DNA of 62,706 nt, counting the filler, from Nemertoderma westbladi (Eukaryota > Animalia > Xenacoelomorpha): the NCBI GenBank assembly GCA_032718475.1. It is 5 parts of 5 records of this genome, joined end to end, with 100 filler letters (N's around TTAATTAATTAA, not from the genome) between each part and the next. Parts side by side here need not be neighbours in the genome. Positions count along the whole stretch, not along the records: positions 1 to 12,525 come from JAUCBJ010006951.1; positions 12,626 to 29,627 come from JAUCBJ010008929.1; 3 more parts are not named here. One strand, written 5' to 3'. The first letter of the stretch is position 1, and every line of letters begins with the position of its first letter. Shown here in pieces: positions 11,797 to 24,650 of this stretch. The notes under the pieces are model-generated. The model did not search any database. It saw only the letters and a program-made list of their open reading frames with translations, and was not told the DNA's origin. The position numbers were made by a program, and so were the translations under genes.

Positions 11797-12525
11797 CCTT
11801 AAAAGGAGGACCTGACTAAACCATGTCTGTTATTTCATGTCTTTAATTTACGTACATTATAAGTATAACATATTGAGAATCTACATATTTTTAATGTTAA
11901 AAATGCCACTGCAAAATTATGACTTATAGTATGAGCCCCCCCCCCCCCCCCTCCCCCAACCCGCTTCCCCTATCTCCCCCAGTCCGCGAATAATCGTCAT
12001 TGTATCTGTTGAACCGCCGCGCTCTTTATTATAATAGTGAAGTATGTTTATGAGATGCTTTATTTATGTATAACTTAGCCAACTGTAGGCTTTACACACC
12101 ATGTGTTAAGATTTCCGCAATATACGCCATATGTTTCCTTGTACAGTAGATTGCGTAATATTCGTGTAGAGCTCCTGCGTGTGATTACCGGTACAAGTAC
12201 AGTAATCGTAATATGTATTGATCTTTACAGTTTGCAGCAGCTATTCTACGTCAGAACGTAAATATTATGCAACCCTTAATTAGTATTCTTCACAGCTGTT
12301 AAGTTAAAGTCTTGATTTATAAATAATGTTACAAATAGGAACTCACTCTTTAATTATTATTTAGAAATTATTATTAGTGTAACTGTTTTACTCCCATCGC
12401 TTTATGGTACTGTAGAGAGTGTTGTTGATTTTGAACACCCTTTCACTAATCAATATTACCAAATTTGTGTTAATTTTCAACACCCTTTCCCCATTCACCT
12501 TTCACAAATCAATATTATCAAATTT

Positions 12526-12625
12526 NNNNNNNNNNNNNNNNNNNNNNNNNNNNNNNNNNNNNNNNNNNNTTAATTAATTAANNNNNNNNNNNNNNNNNNN
12601 NNNNNNNNNNNNNNNNNNNNNNNNN
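12526..12625. other. Assembly spacer N44-TTAATTAATTAA-N44
   Basis: Identical 100-nt spacer at four sites; the linker has stop codons in all six frames. Confidence 0.97.
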
Positions 12626-15290
12626 TGCAGTTTATATTTATATTTAAGTAAAGACTTATAGTTAGTAAGATTTATATTTAGTAAGAATTTATATTTTATA
12701 TTTGTAATTATTCCGAACTTATACAATTTATATTATTCCAAACTTATGCAATTTGTATTGTTCCGAATATTATGCAATTTATATTTTATAAGCAGTATTT
12801 GTACCTAAAGAGAAAGTTTTATAGACAGAAATATTTGTGCTCAGAAAGACTCATATTTGTAATTATTCCAAACTTATGCAATCTACATTTAGGTACGAAA
12901 GTATTTGTAATTACTTGAATTTATGCAATATTTGAGATGCAATAGTAGATGGAAGACTCGCGAGCCTTTCTTATTGTTTTCATTTATTTGTATTTGTAAT
13001 TGTTTGAATTTATGCAATATTGAGATGCAATAGATTTATATTGGTGAATTTAATTTAGATTTATATTGTACTTACTTAGTAAAGCCTTAAATACGTAAAG
13101 TTTGAATTTGTAATTATTTTGTATCGAATCATTACGTAAAAGGGAAGTATTGTTTGAAACTTAATTGTAAATATGTAAGTACGCCCTAAGTATTCTATAG
13201 TTTGATTGATTATTGGTGAAAACCGTATATTTTATGCACGATAATATCCTGTTTTCATGGAGCGGTATAGAATTATATTCCCTAAATGCCGTGGATTTTC
13301 AAAATTTTATTTTATTCGAATTAACTTTGTAAAGATTGCTTTGAGTTCTCATTAGTATTGGTTCTATTTATTGTGTATCTATCGGTCAAGTGGTTCAGTA
13401 GCTCAGTTGGTAGAGCGTTGGAAATTATATGTGTAGTAGGTATCGAGTTCGAATCCTAGTAAGTGCGAATTATTTTTTGTGCAGAATTTCAACTCATTTA
13501 AATTAACCGCTACAAATTAATTGCATTTGTCTGTACCAATAAGGCTGTAGTTATTTGATTGTAACCAATGTAGTGCAAGTTATATATTAGCTGGACCAAT
13601 AAGCTATCTTTAAAACCTTGTTAGAACCCATAGAACAATCGAGAATTTTCTCGATTGATTGCAGCACAAATTTAGTATATAAAGGTGCGATTCGTTCATT
13701 AGTTATCTCAATCTCAATCACATTCAATCAATTTCCATCATTCACTTTCTGTCTTATTTCAGATTACATTGTTTATTGTATAATAGTTATTATATGTTTT
13801 GTAATAAAGTCAGAAATACTAGTCACATCTCTCAGCCTTTCTATCTGTTTTAATATGGTTTCACTACGGTGAACAAACTCAGGGACAGGATGGCCAGCTA
13901 GAGATCGGGCCACAGCAATGAACGGGAACATCACGGGAATGTAGACGAGAGACAACCCGCAATACCATCTAGCGTTATTCGCCCATCGCCTGAAAGGTTA
14001 GACAGCGTTCGATCCTTGCTACCTAAGTGTAAGACCAAAAGATCAAAGGTAGACGTAGTGACACGCTGTAAGCCCAAAATTACATCATAGGGACTGTACT
14101 GTCTTGATTCAGGGAAAAACCGCAGTAGACCTTCATATTCCTACGGGGGAGAGGGAGAGAGAGCAGATACTAGTACGCAGATAGGACGTAGGCACACCGG
14201 TACAAGGCATACACATTGGTTAGGGTGCAGCAAACTGTACGCTTAACTCTTGCTAAGTACAGGTGTGTGTGCGACTATTTGCCGTACAACGGTGTCCGTT
14301 ACATCAGAACTTGTAGGCTAGGGGGTTGCTGTGTTTTCACCTGAATTGGGATTGTACCGTTCAGGCGGTAGGGCAGTTTACGCTAGGCGCAAATAAATTG
14401 AGGCTATCAGGGATATACTAACATCTACCGTGTCCCCGCCAACGCCCTAATAGGAAGTTACCCGGACTACCTGGGTGACTAAAATTCTAGATAGGAGCCA
14501 GGATAGCTATTAGTACCCGTACGCCTACAGTAGTAAACTAACACATCTCTTCTTAGTATCAGGGACCTGGTACCTAAAATTGCCGAATTCTGGGCGTAGT
14601 ATTAACCTTATGCCTGAATTTGAGTCCTGGAAATACGCAAGAGGGGAAGGAACCTTACCATTCGTGAGTATTGGACCTACAAGTTACAAATTAGAATATT
14701 CGTAAAATGCACACCGTACCCAGTAATTATATATGTGAAGGAGCAAAACTGCTTTTGACCGTTCAGAATTAACACACGCGCGTTAGAAATTATTTACACC
14801 TCAAAATATATAAAATTAACTTAGTCCGTACTGTGCTTTGCCCGCTAGTTAGACATCTCCAAATCTGCTCTGTACCTAGCTAGCGTCCCTTTGCCCAACC
14901 ATATAAATCACACCGCGGCAAAGTATACGAGCCCCTTAGTCCGTCAGTGAGTCAGCCTGATTTTAGGATTCGCTGCGCGGGATTTTGTTTTATCGAAGTT
15001 TGTCTGCTCGTAGACTGTTTTCTGCCTCACCGGTTAAAAGAGATCGATACTGCAATATATTCGCTTACTTGGGGTTTACTGTTTTGGTGAGAAGGTCGGA
15101 TTTATGATTTGATTTACAAACTTTACAGTAGGATATTGCAGGTATTGTTACCGTCTCTTCCAATTAGTAGGAATAGGCGTATCTCTCCAATTTAATTGTT
15201 AATCTGACTTAAGTTGTTTAGGTTGAACAAAGTCTACATAGTAAACAACAGGTCCTCCAAAGAGTGTGTCTTTGGTATATTATATCATGA
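12626..15290 (+). mobile_element. LTR-like segment plus non-coding leader of a retroelement (no ORF reached)
   Basis: AT-rich repeats, three CCAAT boxes (13536-13601), TATATAAA at about 13676, AATAAA at about 13803, then AATA|TGGTTTC at about 13856 resembling an LTR/PBS junction, followed by a hairpin-rich GC-moderate leader. Confidence 0.4.
13392..13478 (+). other. tRNA-like Pol III promoter cassette (not a complete tRNA)
   Basis: A-box TAGCTCAGTTGGTAGAGC, B-box GAGTTCGAATCC and a downstream T6 run; acceptor and anticodon stems do not pair. Confidence 0.7.
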
Positions 15291-17640
15291 AGGGGGAAGT
15301 TAGATTCACTGCATAAATGCAGTTTATCTAACTTCCCCCAAATATCTACTGTTGAATAAAATTGAAGCCATATATTAAGTCCGAAGAGGTGCGAGTTTTT
15401 TAATAAATTGTGTGGTCCATTTGTTATCTGATCTCTATTTATTGTTTAAAGTTCATTTAAGATCACACTGGTTTTTTAGAATATTACAACCTTATTTTTT
15501 ATTAATTTAACAAATCGAACCCTTATAACGACCAGTTATTTGTACACATACTCGTAATGCGCTCAGTAAGGTCCAAACAACATATTAATATGAAAATAAA
15601 CTATCTGCAACGAAAAGAACCCAATAATACACCATTTGACATTAAAAAAAATTGCACATTTGCACACATATTTGCACAAGTGCACTTTAGCGGATCCTAA
15701 AGGTGGTTCCTATTTAACACACTTATGTCTATCCTCTACCGATCTACGATAGTGCATGATCAATTGTCAGTCGCTAAAAGTGTCAAAAATCAGATTTAAT
15801 AAATCGCGACATTTGCGATTTTGGACCATATTCATGGACATTTTAAGTCACTTTATAGACATAAAAAGTTAAACAAATGTTAAGATTATAGTTAGAAATC
15901 ACTCCAAACTACATTTTAACCCAGAAAATAACATTCTAGGATGTATAGAACTTGAAATAATACTGTTTGAATTATCGAAAAAATGTGCACCATTTAAGTG
16001 CATTTTGCACTAAGTGCACATGCGTTTTTTCCCAAGTTGTATCCTATTTCACACACTACAATCTATCCTCTATCCAATGAAAAAAGTTTCAGATCAAACG
16101 GCCCAGTAGAACCGAAGTTATTGATGTTTTAAAATAGTCACCCGAAAATTTCAAATTCACTTGGTCACATAGTCTAGTGGTAATCAATCACGTTAATGAA
16201 ACCTAAGTTCGCGGGTACGAAATCCAATATTGACCATTCTTAATTTTTTGTAAAAAATTTTTTTTTTATTTTTTCACTAAAATCGCTCTAACTTCGGTTC
16301 TGGTGGTCCAAATTCAATAAAATTGGTATATTCTTTGCCGTAATTTTTTTTTCTATCTTTTGAGAGGGGGTCATTTTTGGCCCCAAAAAAAATGAAAAAA
16401 AAGGGCCAGAATTACGCGATATTTTTCGACCCTTAAAATTCGTAATTTTAATTATAAATGTTAAGAAAAAAGATAGCGGAGGTAATTTGCTACATTTTAA
16501 ATATACTTTTGGCGCAATACGCTAAATTATACTGGATAAGCGATTTTAAGAAAAAAAATTTTTTTTTCGTCCCTTTTATAAATATATTATTTCACACGAT
16601 CGTCTGCCGCACCAGTTGTATAATAGCTACAGCGCTGTAACTAACGCTGAAAGATAGATAATTTAACGCTCTATAAGTCTGTTTAAATACGTTTTCCAGA
16701 CGTTGAGTAGTTTTCGAGCTAGACGAGTTCCCGCGCAGCGAGTTTGAAACGCGAAATTTTAATATTGGCCCTCAATTTTTTAATATCGCTTGCGCAGCAA
16801 AACCAATCGAATATTTGGATTCCACGTATCGATATTCACCGTATAAAATGAACCTTAACCTTCTAGAGTCGAAAATAAAAAAGTTATTAGTTATAAACTT
16901 TTTATCATTTTCTGGCCCTTTTTGGACCCCTTTGCCGACTTATTTTTTGTACCCCCATTCGATAGGATCGTAGCCCCTGTGGTGTTTTATGCATTCCGAA
17001 AAATAATTGGCGGATTCCTACTCGCGTTTTCGAAATAAAAATTTCGGAAATATAAAATATATAAAAAAGATGGAAAAAAACAGACAAAGTTACGGCCCCT
17101 TTTTCCACTCGAAATATTAGTAAATATCTTACCCCCATTCGATACGAAGATAGCGCCACTCTTCCCCTTTCCAACTGCGTTACTTTCGTCCCCGTACGAT
17201 TAATATTAGCCGAGTTGTAGTGGTTCCCGCAAAGTCATTTTGTCCGTTTTTCTAACTTTGACGGACAATAGACGGAAAAGTAACTCGGGGACCCCCCATT
17301 TTTAAAGCTGTAAACATCTAATTTGGAGTCCCTCTTCATGTTTCAACGATAAAAAAAGTACTTTCGCCCGTGGTTTTTGTAGTTTACATAGAACCTAATG
17401 TTAAAATCGACAAAAATCGAAACGAAAATTGTCCGTCATGTCCGTCAAACAAATAGATTGAAAAAAAGGGCCAAGCTAAGAGTCTTAGAATAGGCCCACA
17501 CGCCTCCAAAACGAAAATAAAGAAAAAATAGTGGCTAGTTTAGAAGTTACCATGGGAAACCCTCGTTTTCGGGATAACGTTATAGATCCTCCGGTATTAG
17601 GAGCGGCCGTATTCACCTCACTCACACGGCCGCGATTGTA
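15291..17640 (+). mobile_element. Non-autonomous DNA/Helitron-like element with terminal hairpins
   Basis: 5' hairpin GGGGGAAGTTAGAT...ATCTAACTTCCCCC and 3' hairpin GCGGCCG...CGGCCGC. Region 16910-17640 is homologous to 28090-28818 in the opposite orientation. Superfamily uncertain. Confidence 0.5.
16163..16236 (+). other. Degenerate tRNA-like 74-nt cassette inside the element
   Basis: GGTCA...TGACC acceptor pairing, TAGTCTAGTGG A-box, GGGTACGAAATCC B-box-like sequence and a T-run. Flanked by an inverted repeat (AGAACCGAAGTTA / TAACTTCGGTTCT). Confidence 0.55.
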
Positions 17641-17957
17641 TAAAAGTGAAAATGGTTTCATCCCACCAAGCATATGACATTTTACTGCTCAATCTAAGAA
17701 ATATGCCTGATTATGCTACAAAGTTTAGGTTTTGGCATGCATGTAGGCCTACTGTACCACATGCTGCTTCGCTGTGAGGAAGTTGATTGAACCGTAGTTT
17801 CCAGTTTTCCAGTTGTTAATAGGCGAAATGTCAAAGAGTAAAAACCTTCTTTATTCCTTAATGCGGAAACTTTTCTACTGCGTAAAAGTGATTAGGAGAT
17901 ATCGGCCTAAATTGTACATATAATTTTTTGAGTTAACACTTAGTAATCCAAACTTAC

Positions 17958-20900
17958 TTGGCTGTTTCTTTGCTTCACCACAGACTATCATGAGTGCACT
18001 AATATTTGCAACAGGTAACTCTGAGGCGTAAAATCCTGGATTACATTTCTTGTTGGTACCAGTGTAGTCGACACCACTGTAATTAATACATCTCAATTAA
18101 AGTAACGCCACATATGCGATTTAGGCCTATTCAGTATACTGTACCTTATAGTAGTATACTCTACAGCAGCTTATCAATCAATCAGCAGGTTGACCGTATC
18201 AACATCAACAATGCCAATATATGCATACTGTATGCAATAAGAATATGAAACTAATATATATTTTAGGCAGTGATTTTTTATGTCCTTTTATTTGACTTTT
18301 TTTGTCCTCCTTTTTTACGAATTGTGCATAATGACTTTTGTTGTCCTTTTAATGACTTTTGTTGTCCTTTTAATGACTTTTTATGTATGTATTTCTTCAA
18401 ACTGTCAGACTGCTGATTTATGGACTGTCAGACAGTTGATTTCAACATGCCTATGCCAAAACATTCAAAATTTGTTGATTTCTGGTCTGTCGGACAGTTG
18501 GTTTCACTATGCCTGTGCCAAAACATTCAAAATTCCATGAATTATAGACTATGAGCTAGATTTCCATATGCGCCTGTGGTAAAAGACTTTAAATTTAATA
18601 GTTTGTGGTTGTTGTCGATAATCGATTACCACATGACGTAGCAAAACACTCATTTTATAACCAAAAACAATTACCAATTGATGGAAAGGAGCAGGTTAAG
18701 GCGGGATTTTCTAAGCAAAACAATAAACAATCACTTTACCAAATGAAGGGAAGGAACAGGTTACATAGATGGTATTTTCTAACCAAAACAATAAACGATA
18801 ACATTACAAATTGAGAGAAAGGAGCAGGTTACAGAGGCGGGATTTCCTAACCAAAACAATAAGCGATCACTTAACTAATTGAGGGAAAGGAGCAGGTTAC
18901 AGAGACGGGATTTTCTAACCAAAATAATAAACGATCCCTTAACTAATTGAGGGAAAGGAGCAGGTTACAGAGGCGGGATTTTCTAACCAAAAACAATAAA
19001 CGATCATTTAACTAATTGAGGGAAAGGAGCAGGTTACAGAAGCGGGATTTTCTAACTAAAACAATAAACAGTCACTTTACAAAATAAAGGAAAGGGCAGG
19101 TTAAAGAGGCAGGCCTTTCTAACCAAAACAATAAACGGTCACTTTACCAAATCAGGAGAAGGAGCAGGTTACAGAGGCGGGATTTTCTAACCAAAACAAT
19201 AAACGATCCCTTAACTAATTGAGGGAAAGGAGCAGGTTACAGAGGCGGGATTTTCTAACCAAAACAATAAACGATCCCTTAACTAATTGAGGGAAAGGAG
19301 CAGGTTACAGAGGCGGGATTTTCTAACCAAAAACAATAAACGATCAATTAACTAATTGAGAGAAAGGGGCGGGTTACATAGGCGGGATTTTCTAACCAAA
19401 ACAATAAACAGTCACTTTACAAAATGAAGGAAAGGGCAGGTTAAAGAGGCAGGCCTTTCTAACCAAAACAATAAACGGTCACTTTACCAAATCAGGGGAA
19501 GGAGCAGGTTACAGAGACGGGATTTTCTAAACAAAACAACCGGTCAGCCGGTAGGCCTACCATTACCGTATTTAAATGTGGTAGGCTACACAATAACAGC
19601 AGCTCCGGTGCCGTAACCGGAACTAAAATACCTAAAAATACCTGCTTTATACCTACATCTGTACATACAATACAGCAATACTGCAAAATAGTGTACTAAT
19701 ACTGTACCGGTACTTATAGCCTGAGAGAACAGCAGTAGAGAAACCGGTAGCATGGAACCTAACGGTAGATTTCTGGAGGACATAAAACGTTAATACAGTA
19801 AAACTAATACCGGTACTGATAGCCTGAGAGAACAGCAGTAGAGAAACCGGTAGCATGGGACCTAACGGTAAGTTTCTGGAGGACATAAAAAGTCAAAAAA
19901 AAGGACATCATGAGTGATTTAAACGGACAATAAAAATAATTGGGTATATTTTATACTCAGAGACTCAGCAACTGGGCCACTGTCTCTATCGATTAATCTA
20001 CAGTACGTTCTAATTCGGCATCCTTTTATACAACCATTTTATTAGATTTTATTTCATCAATTAATATTAATATTTTTATAATTTTATAATCAATCTATGG
20101 CTTTATTAAATTTTAAAAAAATTATATTATTTTTTATTAATTATAGTTCTACAGTAGATATTTGATGACAGAATAATTTAAGTCTAATAGGAAATACCTG
20201 TATAATTGCCAAGGAAAGATTCCTGTAATTATCATGGAACTGGCGATGTTGTCAAATCCATTGTTTCCCAAGTCAGGGACATTGCACCTGCTGTCTGCGT
20301 CAGCGTCTACTTTGTATACCGGAGCGTTACATGATATGAAGGAGTTTCCTAATAATCACAAGAATACTCGCTTATGTATGCAATATGTAAAATATAGGGA
20401 GTCATCTCAGCCTAAGGGGGGTCATTTCAGCCTAAGGGGAGAGTGTTCTGAGTCTAGGCTGAGACGACTGAGGAGTGTTTTCACCCTAGGCTGAGATGAC
20501 TGGGGAGTTAATTTCAATATCTCAATGTCAATATCTCAGCCTTCCAGCTGTATCTCAGCACACCAGTCACATTTAGGTTGTGTGATCATCTCCAACTCTT
20601 TCAGCCCGCTGAAAACTCGCCGATAACTCCACCTACTGGCTCCAGAAGTCGAGGAAATTCTGCCAAGTACCTAACTGATCTAGACTTTGCTGATGACTTA
20701 GGAGTACTCTCAGAATCACTAGAGGGAGCCCAACGGCTCCTCAGCTCATTAGAACATGCTGCTTCTAGTGTTGGTCTTTTTATTAACTCCAGAAAGACCA
20801 AAATTTTGACAGTTAACTTTGAAAGTCCTCAGCAAGTCTCTGATCGGATGAGCATAAGCTCAAAAGATGGTATGCTTGAGCATGTGGATGACTTCTGTTA

Positions 20901-23357
20901 CCTGGGATCATGGATCCGGAAGTCAGGTGAGGACCTTCGAATACGTAAGGGAAAGGCATGGGCAGCCTTGAATAGGCTTTCCAGGATTTGGAATTCACCG
21001 AGAATTAATCGGAAACTTAAGGTCCGATTATTTAGAGCATCAGTAGTTCCAGTACTCCTCTATGGGAGTCCATGCTGGGCTCTAACTGCTGAGGACACCA
21101 AATCTCTGGAGGGCACATTCACAAGAATGCTACGCCGGGTTCATTGTGTCAAGTACAATGCACACATCTCCACCCAGACACTATATAACATTGGAGGTGT
21201 CTCATGGGTTCCCCCAAGCTTGACACTAGAACAAAATCGCCTCCGCTTTGCAGGACATTTCTTTCGCCGTGAGGACCAGCCAGTGCATTATCTTGTACTT
21301 TGGCAGAATAAGCATGGTGGACAGCCCATGACTTTCTTGAGACGCATCTTAAAGGACACTGGCCTTGAAGATGCGGATGATCTAGCAAATGTCATGGGTG
21401 ATAGGGAGATGTGGCGGTGCAATTTTGTCGATAAGCCGGCACAGCATTCTTAAAAATGCAGCTGCAATGCAGCATGCCGATCCTAGTAGTAGTTCAGCCC
21501 GCTGTGCACTGGTTCACATTTAGGTTGTGTGATCATCTCCAACTCTTTCAGCCCGCTGTGCACCGGTACACATTTAGGTTGTGTGATCATCTCCAACTCT
21601 TTCAGCCCGCTGTGCACCGGTACACATCTAGGTTGTGTGATCATCTCCAACTCTTTCAGCTCGCTGTGCACCGGTACACATTTAGGTTGTGTGATCATCT
21701 CCAACTCTTTCAGCCCGCTGTGCACCGGTACACATCTAGGTTGTGTGATCATCTCTAACTCTTTCAGCTCGCTGTGCACCGGTACACATTTAGGTTGTGT
21801 GATCATCTCCAACTCTTTCAGCCCGCTGTGTGCACCGGTACACATTTAGGTTGTGTGATCATCTCCAACTCTTTCAGCCCGCTGTGCACCGGTACACATT
21901 TAGGTTGTGTGATCATCTCCAACTCTTTCAGCCCGCTGTGCACCGGTACACATTTAGGTTGTGTGATCATCTCTAACTCTTTCAGCTCGCTGTGCACCGG
22001 TACACATTTAGGTTGTGTGATCATCTCCAACTCTTTCAGCCCGCTGTGTGCACCGGTACATATTTAGGTTGTGTGATCATCTCCAACTCTTTCAGCCCGC
22101 TGTGCACCGGTACACATTTAGGTTGTGTGATCATCTCCAACTCTTTCAGCCCGCTGTGCACCGGTACACATTTAGGTTGTGTGTTCATCTCCAACTCTTT
22201 CAGCCCGCTGTGCACCGGTACACATTTAGGTTGTGTGATCATCTCCAACTCTTTCAGCCCGCTGTGTGCACCGGTACACATTTAGGTTGTGTGATCATCT
22301 CCAACTCTTTCAGCCCGCAGTGCACCGGTACACATTTAGGTTGTGTGATCATCTCCAACTCTTTCAGCCCACTGTGCACCGGTACACATTTAGGTTGTGT
22401 GATCATCTCCAACTCTTTCAGCCCGCTGTGCACCGGTACACATTTAGGTTGTGTGATCATCTCCAACTCTTTCAGCCCGCAGTGCACCGGTACATATTTA
22501 GGTTGTGTGATCATCTCCAACTCTTTCAGCCCGCTGTGCACCGGTACACATTTAGGTTGTGTGATCATCTCCAACTCTTTCAGCCCGCAGTGCACCGGGT
22601 CACATTTAGGTTGTGTGATCATCTCCAACTCTTTCAGCCCGCTCTAACTCAAATCTGTCCAAATTGTAAAGAACACTTTGTGTTACTTAGGATTTTATTT
22701 ACCATTGAAATCTGTTTGATCGAATAAAATCAACCCTGATTTAGGTATGACTCTGAGGGAACTGATCTTGTCGGCAGTGGCTGGAAGTTGGGAACTATTA
22801 TAACTTCCGAAGGTAACAATATCTTTGGCCCCGTCGAAATCACCGTCGTACAGAATCCAACTAGAAAACATAAGTAGAAAAATTAAAAAATGAATATGAA
22901 ACCTTGAAATAAATATATATAATATAAAATATAATATAAAAATAATATATCTCTATAAAAGATAAAGGAGAGGTTGATAGTCTGGTTGCTTTTAAAGAGG
23001 AGCAATTGTCTTGCTTCTGATTGTGTAAGTAATACGTACAGAAGACATTGCAGGCCTACAGTAGTTAAACTCTCAGTGCGTGTAAATTTTACTGATTTTT
23101 GAAATGTTTCATTTAATATCTTCCTAACTAATAATAATTTATACTAACGTTCCACAGATGACATTTATTGATGATACAACATTGTCGAAAGAATCAAGGT
23201 CTAGGTTTGCTGTGTCGGTTTCGGCATATTTGTCCACTTTGGTTCCTGTTTGCCCATCTTCATCGTACAATTCAATGTGCGAATCACATCCCTCAACCTC
23301 TTGACCTCTACCCAGAATTGGTGTCAGGGTAAATATTGCAAAAATAAGTAGAATCAT
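17958..23357 (-). CDS. Secreted beta/gamma-crystallin-domain protein; exons 23357-23149, 22860-22703, 20348-20198 and 18076-17958 (last exon unresolved)
   Basis: GT-AG introns with matching phases give a signal peptide followed by IELYDEDGQTG...FDNVVSSINVICGT/WILYDGDFDG...DKISSLRVIP...LILFDQTDFNG/...FDNIASSMIITG..WQLYS/GVDYTG...NISALMIV. These are four Greek-key-like motifs. Confidence 0.85.
18266..19944 (+). mobile_element. Non-autonomous Mutator-like element with an internal 68-bp tandem array (copy 1, in crystallin intron 3)
   Basis: 9-bp TSD TATATTTTA at 18257-18265 and 19945-19953; imperfect TIRs rich in TGTCC/GGACA; array of GAGGGAAAGGAGCAGGTTACAGAGGCGGGATTTTCTAACCAAAACAATAAAC+variable segment at about 18650-19535. 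Confidence 0.85.
20400..20501. repeat. Small foldback/MITE remnant
   Basis: AGTCATCTCAGCCTA is mirrored by TAGGCTGAGATGACT, with internal repeats of the same motif. Confidence 0.6.
20612..21492 (+). mobile_element. RTE-clade LINE copy 2, 5'-truncated, inserted in a 54-bp satellite unit
   Basis: RT C-terminal half (LTDLDFADD, FCYLGSWI, VLLYGS..WALT, RRILKDTGL); (TAG)3 tail; TSD TTCAGCCCGCTG at 20600-20611 and 21493-21504. Confidence 0.92.
21493..22643. repeat. 54-bp minisatellite, about 21 copies
   Basis: Unit GCTGTGCACCGGTACACATTTAGGTTGTGTGATCATCTCCAACTCTTTCAGCCC; one further unit at 20561-20611, left of the LINE. Confidence 0.97.
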
Positions 23358-24650
23358 GATTTTCTACTCAACTCAACTACTTTTTAGTACCGTAAGTCAC
23401 ACCACACAAGTTATCTACAATTTAATACAACGCAAATTATGTTCATACAATTGTTTAATGTGGGTAGTGTATAATACTGCATGGTTGCTTACATCATATA
23501 CAGAATAATGTTAACAACAATTATTGATCTTTATAAAATTCTTGAGGACATTCTTACAACATACGAGTATGAGGAGCTATGTACTAGAGTTTAGTACCTC
23601 ACAGTTGGTGACAGTATCATCCACATCGATTATGTAGGTGGTGACATGGGTGGGTGTACAAAGTATACGTTGCGTTGGTATGGTGGTGTGTATGAATGCC
23701 TGTAGTGAACATACAGTAGAATGTAATGTTGTAAAATGTAAATGTATAGTTCATATAAGATAACTCCTTCTCTGTCCACTGTAGCAACAAAGCTCATATA
23801 CCTACCATATGCCAGATCATTGTAGTTCTATATTAGAGTGTAGTTATGGGTGTAATCTAACCCGTTTGTTGGGCTTTCGCGCAGCATGAGATACAGTTAA
23901 CCTAAGAAGCTGAAGTCCAATTACTTGTTTGTATTTACAATACGCCGCCATGGGCCTGGCAGATTTAATTTCATCAATGATTGACCGACTTATTTCGGTT
24001 TTTATCAAAAGTCTTAAACCACCTGTACCGACAGACAAACAGTCTGATTTTTTACCAAACTTCAATAACTTTCTAAACTTTTGTCGGACAAGAACATACG
24101 TACCAAGTTTGGTTTAATTTCATCAAGAAATTACCGAGTTATTAGCGATCAAATATTAGACGACAACAGACGACCTCGATAATGGCACCCCTATGCTAAG
24201 GCTTCACTCACTTATTGGCTCGCCGCACAGTGCATAATCATATAATAATTGTACTACATTCGCTGCCCGGGTTCAGTATGCTTTTTTATTATTAATATAA
24301 GTGTATCAATTTTTTGGTTTTGTTATTAAATAAAAGAGATACTTTTGTATTTTTTTGCAAAACAAAAACCTCACCACACACCCCTCCACATGCTGATACA
24401 GGTAATAATGCAATAACCCCTTTAGCTAATCAAAGATTCCACCTGATAATATATTATCCTTGCACTGACTGCTAGGACTTTAAGGTTAATTGACAACTCC
24501 CACACATAGAATACATACATAAGAAATTTTATGCAATATAAATAATAAACACCAAGTAAATTAATGTATGTACAAAGCTGTTTGGTTGGGCAGATCAGAT
24601 CTGGCCCCTAAATTTTGGCGGTAAATTCAAATCTGTTGTATCATTGAATA

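Noticed and set aside
12570-12581. TTAATTAATTAA as a biological motif (piggyBac site or homeodomain site)
   Set aside because: Centred in identical N-runs four times, so it is an artificial linker.
13392-13465. Functional tRNA gene
   Set aside because: Acceptor and anticodon stems do not pair; the same applies, wholly or partly, to the other tRNA-like cassettes.
21493-22643. CRISPR-like array, and many overlapping ORFs
   Set aside because: Units are contiguous with no unique spacers and no cas genes; the ORFs arise because the 54-bp unit is a multiple of three and mostly stop-free.
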